Notes: generated from the letters alone by a model not told the origin. A DNA stretch of 34,001 nucleotides from Squatina squatina (GCA_031763465.1 JARFOE010000176.1:14405217-14439217); one strand, 5' to 3'; positions 20,222-30,907 are shown, numbered from the stretch's first letter. Numbers and translations: made by a program.

Positions 20222-20355
20222 ATTATAGAATCACAGCACAGAGTGAGGCCATTCGGCCCATCGTGCCTGCTCCAGTGCTAGCTCTTCCACTGGGGCAGTC
20301 TGCTGGAAATCCTATTCCCCGCTCTGTCCCCACATCCTGTCCTATTTCCCCTTCT
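20222..20355 (-). mobile_element. Short CR1 3' tail
   Basis: ATAGAATCACAGCACAG...AGGCCATTCGGCCCATCGTGCCTG. Confidence 0.7.
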
Positions 20356-20896
20356 CACCACAGCCTGAGAGCTGGAGAATCTCTCAACAGTTAACAGTCT
20401 TTGCCTCGCTGTCTCTCTCAGCTCTTCTCCCCTGACAAGGTTCCTGAAAGAACAGAGGCAGAGCTTTAGGGGAAGAATAAAGCTGGGATTGGCCTGTGCT
20501 GGAGTGTGAGAGCTCACAGTGTGGACGGCAGTCATTGAGAGCTCGGTTACTCAGCCTTCCTGGAATCAGACAATCGCATCCTCCCACATTCCAGGCACTC
20601 ACAGCACTTTCCAAACTCATTCTTTAAAGCCTCCTCCTTCACTCTCCCTCCGATCACCCTCCACCTCTCCTCCACTCCCATCTTCTTATTGCCTCGGAGA
20701 AACCCCACCAGCTCCTTGTCCTCGCTCAATAAGGAGACACTTGTGAATGAAATGGGTCGTTAGCCATTTTCTCTGAGGAACACTTGACATTTCTGAGACT
20801 CGTTCAGTTAATAGATCTCGACTCCAAGTTCTGCGTCTGTCTCTCCCTCACCGAGCCTCCAGGTGCCACAAGTCAACCGCAGTTTATGTTTCTTCA

Positions 20897-21025
20897 TCGA
20901 ATCTCACAGCACAGGAGGAGGCCATTTGGCCCATCGAGCCTGTGCTGGCTCTGTGAAAGAGCGATCCAATTAGTCCCACTCCCCCGCTCTTTCCCCAGAG
21001 CCCGGAAAATTCCTTCCCTTTCAAG
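20897..21025 (-). mobile_element. Short CR1 3' tail
   Basis: GAATCTCACAGCACAGGAGGAGGCCATT...AAAGAGCGATCCAATTAGTCCCACTCCC; near-identical copies at ~21758 and ~22623. Confidence 0.82.
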
Positions 21026-21029
21026 CACA

Positions 21030-21340
21030 GGTGCGACCTCGATAACCCGGCGATCTCCGGTCCGGCAACACCCCTGGTTCGGCCTGATTTCAGTCAGCCG
21101 GAAGTCGGTTTATCGTGGGTGGGGGCGAGCTGCCCTTCGATGGTGTTTCCTCTCACCGCACCGTTCACTCCGGGGCCGTTTAATGTCTGAAGAGATTCTG
21201 CGGCGAGCCCGCTGTCCACAGCCGTGCCGTGATTTTTCAATTGCTGACTCTCTCTCTTTAAAACCCGTGTCAGTGCGTAAATGGACAGAGATGGAAAGGA
21301 GGCTATGGACCAGGGTGCACCAGCAGTGCAGGCATCGTGT
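21030..21340. promoter_or_regulatory. CpG-rich patch with an ETS/GABP motif, promoter-like
   Basis: Many CpGs against a CpG-poor background; CCGGAAGT at 21098-21105. Confidence 0.35.
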
Positions 21341-21475
21341 ATTATATTCACCCATTAATAATAAACACCCATGGTNNNNNNNNNNNNNNNNNNNNNNNNN
21401 NNNNNNNNNNNNNNNNNNNNNNNNNNNNNNNNNNNNNNNNNNNNNNNNNNNNNNNNNNNNNNNNNNNNNNNNNNN

Positions 21476-21552
21476 GAGAGACAGAGACAGACAATGAGCA
21501 GCTCCTCACCCCCAGTGAGAGACAGAGACAGACAATGAGCAGCTCCTCACCC
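21476..21552. repeat. 41-bp tandem repeat, about 1.9 visible copies
   Basis: GAGAGACAGAGACAGACAATGAGCAGCTCCTCACCCCCAGT at 21476 and 21517; truncated by the gap. Confidence 0.88.
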
Positions 21553-21757
21553 TGGTATCTTTTATCTCCATTCCTGCTCTTTAAAGATGACACCCAGTGA
21601 GATTTGGCAACATTTTATTCTTATGTTTATCATAACATTGTACAATGAATGAAAAGTTCTGAGAGGAGATATTTTAAATGAGGAAGAATTTACTTTCACT
21701 GGAGAGAAGCAGACTGAGAGATGATCTGATTCACGTCTTTAAAGGTCTGGATAAACA

Positions 21758-21945
21758 TCACAGAATCTCACAGCCCAGGAGGAGGCCATTCGGCCCATCG
21801 TGCCTGTGCTGGCTCTTTGAAAGAGCGATCCAATTAGTCCCACTCCCTGCTCTCTCCCCAGAGCCCTGCAAATTGTTCCTCGTTACTTCAGAAGTGCTTC
21901 ATTGTCTGTGAAGCTCTTTGGGATGTCCTGAGCTGGTGAAAGGGG
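21758..21945. mobile_element. CR1 tail (-) joined to a Deu-SINE tail (+)
   Basis: CR1 tail at ~21758-21880, then ACTTCAGAAGTGCTTCATTGTCTGTGAAGC.CTTTGGGATGTCCTGAG. Confidence 0.72.
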
Positions 21946-22622
21946 CTCGTGTGCAACCACTGAGACACGGCTGACACACAAAAGACTATTGGAGTCTCGG
22001 TGGGACACTGTCCGATAACCAGATCCAAACCTCAGCCAGGCTCGGTAACACCACAACGATTGGTAACTGTTCCACAATATAAATCCTGGGCAATGTGGAA
22101 GGAGAAAGAAGGCAATCCATTTCTCAATGAGCTCGCAGCACATTATTGCCTCCTCAGCATGTGTGAGAGGGAAGGTTCATTTGAAGATTAAAAGCTGAAA
22201 ACCAATTCCCACTAAAACACAAATCAATAGGAGGACAGAACGAGGCCCAGAGTTGGGCAGAGTGAGCTTGGAAATGGAAATAAGGCTCTGATTGATCGAC
22301 AGACGCACAGTTTTCCTTCCGGGAACATTATCTTCACCCGTGGAGAACATTCCCCACTTCTGATGTTTGAGCAATGATTTATTTACAATAAACCCGTGTT
22401 GGGGAATTGAACCCGATTGGTCAGTTGTCCAGTTGCCGGTGATTGGCTGAAACCTTCGACTTCCTGTAACAGGCATTGAGTTGGGATCCTGTTATTAGGA
22501 ACACTCAGTGATTCCCAGCAGCCCAGAGGGTGGGATTGCTGTAGGACGGGTCTCCTTAATAACCTGGAAAAGCAGGAATTCTGGGAGACACGGAATTAAT
22601 CAGGGACTGCTGGAGATGTTCA

Positions 22623-22840
22623 GAGAGTCTCACAGCACAGGAGGAGGCCATTCGGCCCATTGTACCTGTGCTGGCTCTGTAAAAGAGTGATCCAATTAGT
22701 CCCACTCCCCGCTCTTTCCCCAGAGCCCTGCTAATTCCAACAGTGACTACACTTCAAAAGTACTTCATTGGCTGTGAAGCACTCTGGGATGTCCTGAGGT
22801 CGGTGAAGGCGCTATAGAAATGCAAGTTTGTTCTGTCTTT
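22623..22840. mobile_element. CR1 tail (-) joined to a Deu-SINE tail (+)
   Basis: CR1 tail at ~22623-22735, then CAACAGTGACTACACTTCAAAAGTACTTCATTGGCTGTGAAGCAC...AAATGCAAG. Confidence 0.8.
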
Positions 22841-23504
22841 CCTTCTTCTCTTCTTCTTTCTTCTCTTCTCTCTCTCTTCTCTTCTCCTTTCTTGTTTTCG
22901 AGTTGGTGATTCTGCAGGAGGTCCTTTCAACAAACTCTCTGAGATCAAAACCTCTCCCTTTCCTGCAGTCGATGTGAAATCTCTCTCAGTGAAAGATTTC
23001 CGTTGCCAGGTTTTGTACACCGAGGATGATAAAGTTCTTTGTAGACACAGTAACAAAGCTCTCTCCTCTCTCCAGTGTCCTAACATGCTCAGATTACAGA
23101 TCAGACATTCAGAAATGATGGAGCTTTAATACCTTGGTCACGGAGGAAGCCCGGATAGAAAGATTGCTCCTGTAAATGTCCCAGACACAGAGTTTAACGT
23201 TTCTATTCACTCCAAGCTGCTATTTTATCCTCGCAGCCTAATTAGCCGATGGCCGGGGTCGGGGGTCAGTGTGGTGTAAACGGGGCTAATAAATGAAACC
23301 ATCAGTGACTGAGACACAAATGTATATTCAGTCTGTGCGCTACCTCAGAGAGAATCCAACCTCCGCTGAATCTATTCATGGAAGATCTGAAGCTAAGTGT
23401 TGAAGCCAAGTGATTTGAGAGCTCCTGACTAACAAGGACACCTTGTGGAACAGTACGAGGGGAGACTGGGAGCTGACATCACTCTCCCCCAGCACTGTGA
23501 ACTG

Positions 23505-23850
23505 ATAGGGTAGATAGAGAGAAACTTTCTCCACTGGTGGGGGTCTAGGACAAGGGGACATAACCTTAAAATCAGAGCCCGGCCATTCAGGAGAGAAGTG
23601 AGGAAACACTTCTTCACACAAAGGGTGGTCGAAGTGTGGAACTCTCGCCCACAGAAAGCAGCAGATGCTGGGGCTCAATTCATGGGGTTAAACCTGAGAT
23701 CGATAGATGTTTGCGAGCCCAGGGTATTAAGGGAGATGGAGCCAAGGCTGGTAAATGGAGTTAGGATACAGATCGGCCATGATCTCATTGAATGGTGGAA
23801 CAGGCTCGAGGGGCTGAATGGCCTCCTCCTGTTCCTATGGTCCGATGTAC
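23505..23850 (+). mobile_element. CR1 3' end
   Basis: RKHFFTQRVVEVWNS.PQKA in ORF 23598-23924, then the GGCTCGAGGGGCTGAATGGCCTCCTCCTGTTCCTATG tail. Confidence 0.88.
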
Positions 23851-24185
23851 TGACAGCAAAGAGCGAGACTGATTGTGAGCGGGGTTTATTAATATTCGAT
23901 ATTTCCCCAGTGAGGGCGGGGTGACATATAACGGGGATTAAAGGGAATGAAATGGACGGCAGCATTACACTAACATCACCTGAGCCTCAATCCTCAGGAG
24001 ATTCAAATAAAGAGAGAATGGAATGAATATCTCTGTGAAAGATTGAAGGGGATAAAGAGAATGAATGGAATGAAACCCTGACTCAGGAATCTCGGGCTCA
24101 GATATTGATTGGTCTGTTTATTACCGTCTCTCGTGGATTGGATGGTTCGTGGGTGCAATTCGATTCTAGGACAGGGTCAAACACC

Positions 24186-24480
24186 AACAACCTGCATTTA
24201 TATAGAGCCTTTAACACAGGAAAACCCCCCAAGGTGCTTCACAGGAGCAAAATTAGACAAACTGACACCGAGTCACATAGGCACAGGCGACCAAAAGCTT
24301 GGTCAATGAGCGAGGTTATAAGGAGCGGATTAAGTGAGGAGAAACAGATTTAGGGAGGGAATTCCAGAGCTCAGGGCCCAGCCAACTGAAGGCACAGCCA
24401 CCAATGGTGTGGTGAAGGGAGTGGGGGATGGACAAGAGGCGAGAGTTGGAGGAGTGCAGAGATCTCGGAGGGTTGTAGGA
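24186..24480 (-). mobile_element. L2-type LINE 3' end
   Basis: Minus strand reads GGCAFSWLGPELWNSLP, as at the L2 ORF2 C-terminus, with the CTGCATTTATATAG tail. Confidence 0.85.
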
Positions 24481-24586
24481 CCCACAGGGAGATCTGTTAC
24501 CCCTCATGTTCCTGGTGTTGGAGGAGCGCAGTGATCTCGGAGGGTTGTAGGGCCCACAGGGAGATCTGTTACCCTCACGTTCCCGG
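24445..24586. repeat. 72-bp tandem duplication
   Basis: GTTGGAGGAG.GCAG.GATCTCGGAGGGTTGTAGG.CCCACAGGGAGATCTGTTACCC at 24445 and 24517. Confidence 0.9.
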
Positions 24587-25249
24587 AAGGGGCCAGTGAC
24601 AATCCGAGGCTGCCTTCGTTCACCCTCCATATTATTGCACTCGGTCGATGTAAACACTTTGTGTGTTGAGGCAGGAATGTTGATCAGGAGACTGGGAGAT
24701 CTCTCTGCTATCCTTCCAATGGGGCAACAGATGGATTCCCATTGGCTGAAGTCTTCTTTCCCCATGAAGGTGAGTGGCTGTGAGAGCTCGGAGTTTGCAG
24801 AAGGAACTTTTCTTCCTTTTGATGAGCTGTTTAAGAGAAGCCTCTTATTGACCTGACCTCCAGCCCACTGACTCCTGCACTGAGCTGAGCAAAGTCCTGC
24901 TCTCTGTCCCATTACTGTCAGCTCCAACTCATCCTTAACCCTTCACCTCACTCCACACTCTGACACCAGGCAGACGGACAAGCTCGTCCCCAGTCCTGGG
25001 CTTCAGACTCTGAGCGACAAGGACAGAAAATCATTGCAGTCAAAACATCTCAACCCAAGGCTATTATAATCACAAATTAAATCAGTCACCTTGAGAGGGA
25101 ATAATGTAGCTGGTGAGGGCTGGAAGATGAAGGAATCAACTGTTTCACANNNNNNNNNNNNNNNNNNNNNNNNNNNNNNNNNNNNNNNNNNNNNNNNNNN
25201 NNNNNNNNNNNNNNNNNNNNNNNNNNNNNNNNNNNNNNNNNNNNNNNNN

Positions 25250-25480
25250 TTCTCTGCTTTTGAAATGAACTTCAGTACTTTATTTGCACTTTTATGGCTT
25301 TTTTAACCTACGTTGCTACTTTTAATGATTTGTGAATCCGTACCCCGAGATCCCTTTGCACCTCTCCCCCATCTAGGCACTTCTTTTCCAAGGAGTAGGT
25401 TGCCTCCTTATTCCTCCCCCCACCTCACACTTATCTATATTGAAATTCATTTGTAATTTACTTGTCCATGCTGCAAGTTT
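25250..25480 (-). mobile_element. CR1 RT fragment
   Basis: Minus strand has W.SKLQMNFNIDKCEV and RDLGV.IH-like motifs. Confidence 0.7.
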
Positions 25481-26395
25481 GTTTATGGTGAAATTAATTA
25501 AATGCTTTTAGTTCGTCATGTACAAACTCTATTTGGAAAAAATACTTGTCAGAAATGACTGGGATATAAAAGAACTGCATAATAATGCAGCAACACATCA
25601 GAAACATCACTCAGTTACACGATTTATGTATCGACAAACAATCCATAAACCCAAGGTGAGCTGAAAGAGACAAATCTATTTGTGCAAATAGTATTAATTT
25701 TAAAGTTTTCAATGTATTAGCCCATCCCTCATGTCACTATCACAATGGCTGCACAAGCAGCAGGAGCTGCAGCTTTCCTATAGCGCTGTCGTGCTGGACG
25801 TCCACATGAGTAATTAGAATATTCGTCACAATGCAACCAGGCAACCAACAAATATAAAGTGTTGTAGTTCTTTAGTTCACAGTATTAAAAATTGAACAAA
25901 AACAGGCATCCATATTTTCACTTCCATTAATAAATGTTGTATTCTTGAACCAGCACCCACCCCCCATGTAACATGTTAGAAATGCAGCACTTATTCTCAA
26001 GTGCAGAAGTACACATATGCACTTCGTGTTACCGAATTAAAAACCAAAAGCAGGAAAAGCTATGATTTAACAGAAACAAACATTCATCTTTCCTCCTGGA
26101 TAGGACCAATAAGACTGACTTGGAAATGTTCACTAAAATGTTGAAGTAAAGATGTTAATTTACAAATTTCACTTATGTTTTTTCTCTCAAATATTCTCCA
26201 CAATATTAATCCTGCTCTTATCACTGTGTTGTTATTTTAGTTACTTCCCAAATAAATAGTGGGAAACAAACTTCACTACATTCAATTTTTAGTCTCCTAT
26301 TTAAAGCAAATTGAAATTGTACATCGCCAGTTTAATTGAAGTATTTTTTGCCTTTCTCAATAAAGATATAATAGTTCACCTGTGTTGTTCCAAAG

Positions 26396-26610
26396 TGCGG
26401 CCAACTCTCAGTCCCCGAGAGCGGACTACACGTGCCCGGACCCTCTGTTCCTCCATCTGTTGCTCTCTGTGTGTCTCTCTTTCTCTGCCCACCACCATCC
26501 CACCGCCCCCGCTCCCCAGCGGCCACCAACAGATCCCCTGACCTCCACACGGAAGCGTGGCCCACCTGGATACCGTGCATGCGCGGCTCTATTATACCAC
26601 ACGCAGGCAC
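26396..26610. promoter_or_regulatory. CpG-rich promoter-like patch (host promoter or CR1 5' UTR)
   Basis: ACTACA at 26425 overlapping the E-box CACGTG at 26429-26434; CGGAAG at 26550; NRF1-like TGCATGCGCG at 26576-26585. Confidence 0.35.
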
Positions 26611-26879
26611 AGAAGGCTACAAAGGCAAATTCTCCTGCTGAAGGGTCAAAGTTCAAGTGAGAAAACCCAAACCCTTCCCCTGACACAGCAACCCATCAAC
26701 CATTGGAACACACACTTCAAGAGCTGCCATTGGGATCGACTCTGAGGTCGCAAGACTCACAAACTGTGTTGTCTGGATTTCCGGGGCCATAATGTATTGG
26801 GACCCGCCCCCTCTCCAACTGCTGTACAGTTTACTATGCGGCATTTCAATTGGACTGCGCAGGAGCCTGGAGAGGGGGT

Positions 26880-28365
26880 GGGTCCCAATTAGCGTGTACG
26901 TGCAGCCACGCACCTTGGAGGGAACAGTGGTCACGGAGAACTGGAACTGATCCAATAGATACCTGATATTGAGGACTGTAAAGTGGATAGATCCAATCAC
27001 TCAGAGGGTGGTCTTCCTAAGCAGGAGGCCACCCCGAGTAGGGCGGAGGTCAGAGGCAGGTGGGGCTCAGGAATAGGAGAGCGATAATGGTGGGAGATTC
27101 TACAGTCAGGTGATTGGACGGCCACTTCTGCAGCCCTGAACTGGTCCCCAATGGTAAGTTGCCTCTCTGGTGTCAGAGGGAAGAACATCCTGGAACACGT
27201 GGGACCATCTCTGGGAAGGGAAACGAGAGCAGAAAATAGCCATGGTCGGAACCAGCAACATGATAGAAATACGTTTATGGAGGAAATATTCAGACTGTGG
27301 CATTAGACTAAAAGATTAGACCTGTGATGATCTCCAGATTGTTCTGCACTGGGCCGCTTGAGAAGGGAAATATGAGACAAAGCGATGTGCGGCTGCAGGG
27401 CTGGAGTAGGAGGGAAGGGTTCACATTCTTGTGGCACTGGTGAGTTCAGGAAGAAGGGAAGGGACGGCTGTGATCTGAACCAACCAACTACAATGGTTTT
27501 ACAGAATATGTGAATGAAGCAGTGGGAGGGTATCAGTTGATGTGACTGGAGGGTGGGAAATATCCCCATATTAGATTTGAAAGAATTAATGAAACTGTTG
27601 TAACAGAATGTTCCATGATTTGGACCCAGCGACGATGATATCAGCTGGTGTGACTTGGAGGGGAAATTGGAGGTAATAGTTGTCCTGCCCTGGGTGCTGT
27701 GATCTATAACATACAGGACAGGGCTTAGGTTTGCACAACCTCGGAGCAAAATGATCCTGATTCTGACAGGGGAGTGAATCCAGTATTGTTGTGGATTCCA
27801 GTATTACTCGTGTTCTGTGACAGTGCTGAAACATAAGGATGTTCCCAGGAGTTATGTTAAGATAGAACCTATAGTTGTGCAGTTAAGGAATACGAAAGCA
27901 AACTGCACATTTCTTGGTGGGTTTTGCAGGCTTTCAAGCAGTGGAGATGGGACAGAGGTTTGTGGGAGGCTGCATTGTGAGCAATCGCTTGGAATCTGTA
28001 TATCCAGGTTGAACTAGTCAATTCCGAGACTGGGAGCGATCTCGGGATGCTGGAACCGATAAGCTGCAGATAAGTCATGTTTGACACTTTTTAAGAATTG
28101 ACTGCACAGATTGATCGATTGTAGCACATGTGGCGTATGGGTTTTCAGAAGGTGTTTGTTAATGTAGCCATTTGTGTTCACAGATTCGAACTCAACTATC
28201 TGAGTTCTTGACAAAGTGCAACGATTACCATCTGTTCCAGTTGATGAAATTCTACCGGGACAGACTGGGACAGGCGATTGAAGAGGGTGTGGAGGGACTC
28301 GGTCTCTGGTTAACAGGCGAGGACCATTTCAGTGGACAAGAATATCACGTGAGTGGGAGGGACAC
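26880..28365 (+). mobile_element. Old CR1 with ORF1 esterase, endonuclease and RT remnants, internally deleted
   Basis: RRAIMVGDSTVR* (27075) and MVSCLSGVR (27151) resemble the SGNH esterase of ORF1. IEPIVVQLRNTK..TFLGGFCR (~27860) resembles the APE endonuclease. KSCLT (28072) and MGFQKVF (28137) resemble RT. Confidence 0.75.
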
Positions 28366-28413
28366 AGAATGGGTTTACATTACTCTAATATCACAGAGCT
28401 GACAGACTATCCT

Positions 28414-29160
28414 AACATAGAAACAAAGGAATTGCTCGATGAGAAAAGACCACGGTCTGTGTAATTCCCCTCCTAACATCCTGGTAGTCGGATGTTACAA
28501 TGATCATGGAGTTGTTGACTAATCGATCTCCATCAATGAGTTACAACAGTCCCAGACATGAGGTGAGGAAAACCCCAGTGGTGGAGAGCTTTGGGAACCA
28601 TGGGTCCAAAGTCACCTGTTCCTCCCAAGCATGCTGCACTGACCACAGGTCATACCTCAAATTACTCTTACACTCCATCCCAAAATGTGATTTCCTGAAA
28701 TAAATCAATTTAATTTACCCTTTAATGACTCAATACTGCCTGCTTCCACCGTCTCCCGAGGGAGCCTGTTTCCCCAGATTGACCACTCGCTCACTGAAAC
28801 ATTGTTTTCACAGATTCATTTTGAATTTACCCTTCTTCAAGCTCAGGCTGTGTCCTCTGCTCATTCACTTTGGTTTTACTGTACTGAACAATCAGATCAC
28901 CTCTCAACCTTCTCTTTTCCAGTGGGAACATGTCCAATTTCCACAGTAACTTCTAAACCAACCCCTCCATCCTCTCAATCATTCTTGTTCTCTTCAGTGG
29001 CTGCAATAACCTTTGTACTGAGGCAACCAGAACTGTACACAGTATTCTAAGTGTGGTCACACCAATGATTAATAAAGTGGCAAGATTATCTCACTGTTTC
29101 GGCTCAGTATTGAACAGTTAATACACCCCAAGATCGGAGTTGTGTTTAGAGACCTTAGAC
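28414..29160 (-). mobile_element. CR1 3' end with a long 3' UTR
   Basis: Minus strand has SLV*PHLEYCVQFWLPQY at ~29010-29070; the tail ends near AACATAGAAAC at 28414. Confidence 0.75.
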
Positions 29161-29630
29161 TCATAGAATGTTACAAAATAGAAACTGGCAAAATAGGGAA
29201 GAAATGGATCAAATGGTAAATATTGTGAATCTGAAAGTATGATAGGAAGAGATGATAATATCCAGTGGATCCGCCAGTTGCTGTACAAAGGACATTAGAG
29301 TGGTTCGGGTACAACTCGTGTATGGATTGAAAACAAAAGGAAACGGTTTTAATGGGACTGGGAAAAGGAGAGACCAGAGGCAACAGACAGGAATTAGAGC
29401 GAAGGTAATGAGCAGAGTGACCAGGAAACTACTTAATAGTCAATCTGGGAACTGTTAGATGACACAAAAATCGTCTGTGGGATAAACACAAGGCATTTAA
29501 AACAAAAGAACTCAAATAGTGAAAATATATGAAACCCAAAGCGGGTCAAAACGTAAACAAATAAAGCTACAGGAATGGAGAAAACCAGACCGTTCCCCCA
29601 TCGATACTGTGCGACTGTTTGTTTTCTCCT

Positions 29631-29757
29631 CCGAGTCTAATCCCAACCTCCTGCTCACTACCCATTACCATTAATATACCACCTAGTCTAATCCCAACCT
29701 CCTGCTCACTACCCATTACTGTTAATATCCCACCGAGTCTAATCCCAACCTCCTGCT
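29631..29757. repeat. 51-bp tandem repeat, 2.5 copies
   Basis: CC.AGTCTAATCCCAACCTCCTGCTCACTACCCATTAC..TTAATAT.CCA at 29631, 29682 and 29733. Confidence 0.92.
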
Positions 29758-29909
29758 GGGATTTGTGAGAGGTCGGTCATGCCGAACAAACTTTTTGAGT
29801 TGGTAACTAAAGTAGTGAACAGGAGGATGTCTAGAAACATAGAAAATAGGTGCAGGAGTAGGCCATTCGGCCCTTCGAGCCTGCACCGCCATTCAATATG
29901 ATCATGGCT
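29758..29909. mobile_element. CR1 RT fragment (+) interrupted by a CR1 3' tail (-, 29833-29909)
   Basis: GFVRGRSC.TN motif, followed by the same tail as at 18228. Confidence 0.78.
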
Positions 29910-30009
29910 NNNNNNNNNNNNNNNNNNNNNNNNNNNNNNNNNNNNNNNNNNNNNNNNNNNNNNNNNNNNNNNNNNNNNNNNNNNNNNNNNNNNNNNNNNN
30001 NNNNNNNNN

Positions 30010-30130
30010 TGAGGGAGTGCCCACTCTCAAAGGTACAGTACTGAGCGAGGGCTAAACATTAGAACGTGCTGTCCTTCTGATATGATGTTAAACCGAAGCC
30101 CCATCTACCCTCTCGGGTGAACGTAAAAGA
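30010..30130 (+). mobile_element. Deu-domain SINE fragment
   Basis: CAGTACTGAG...GTGCTGTCCTTCTGATATGATGTTAAACCGAAGCCCCATCT.CCCTCTCGGGTG.ACGTAAAAGA. Confidence 0.75.
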
Positions 30131-30139
30131 GGAGCGGGT

Positions 30140-30464
30140 CACAGGATACTGATTGAACTGAAGTTTTCGGAGTGGGGAAGGTGGGAAGCCGGACAGGAGA
30201 GCTTTGGAATAGTCGAGTCTGGAGGTGACACAGGCGTGGATGATGGTTTCAGCAGTGGATGAGCTGAGCAGGGATGGAGTCGGGGGATGTTACGGAGGAG
30301 GATGTCGGTGGTCTTGGTGATGGTGAGGAGATGGGCTCGGAAGATCAGCTTAGGGTCCAATCGGATTCCAAGGGTATGAACAGTCTGGGTCAGCCTCAGG
30401 CAGGGCCAGGGAGAGGGATGGAATCGGGGGTTCGGGAACAGAGTTTGTGGTGGGAACTGAAGAC
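30140..30464 (-). mobile_element. L2-type LINE ORF2 fragment
   Basis: Minus strand has AETIIHACVTSRLDYSKALL and LRNIPRLHP. Confidence 0.85.
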
Positions 30465-30475
30465 TGTTCACTCAC

Positions 30476-30608
30476 CTTCTTGTTTTCTTTGTCCATTGTT
30501 GGGTTGTTTGTGACCTTGTAACTGCTCAAGTCGATGATTTCCTTCATTTCGTAATTATCGCCCCGTCTTTTACACACAATGACAGCCTTGTCAAAGAGGA
30601 AGATGTGC
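30476..30608 (-). CDS. VAV3: Guanine nucleotide exchange factor VAV3, 133-nt PH-domain exon
   Basis: ttctctctcggaccAG acceptor and GTGAGT donor. (R)HIFLFDKAVIVCKRRGDNYEMKEIIDLSSYKVTNNPTMDKENKK against recalled human RHIFLFDLAVIVCKRKGDNYEMKEIIDLQQYKIANNPTTDKENKK. Confidence 0.93.
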
Positions 30609-30710
30609 CTGGTCCGAGAGAGAACACACGGTTTCCAGCCTGGTTCGCCACAGCTTTTGAATTGAGGAGGTGGCGAGGGGAGGTGACTACTTTTAGGATT
30701 CTAACTATGC

Positions 30711-30807
30711 ATGCACACACTCACACACGTGCACACACACACACTTGCACACACACACACACACACACACGTGCACACACACTGACACACATTCACACAC
30801 ACGTGCA
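30711..30807. repeat. Interrupted (CA)n microsatellite
   Basis: CA runs broken by CGTG, TTG, TGA and TT; runs into a gap. Confidence 0.95.
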
Positions 30808-30907
30808 NNNNNNNNNNNNNNNNNNNNNNNNNNNNNNNNNNNNNNNNNNNNNNNNNNNNNNNNNNNNNNNNNNNNNNNNNNNNNNNNNNNNNNNNNNNNN
30901 NNNNNNN

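Noticed and set aside
20784-21497. 237-aa ORF as a gene
   Set aside because: It starts at a non-ATG codon, passes through an antisense CR1 tail and crosses an N gap; no recognisable domain.
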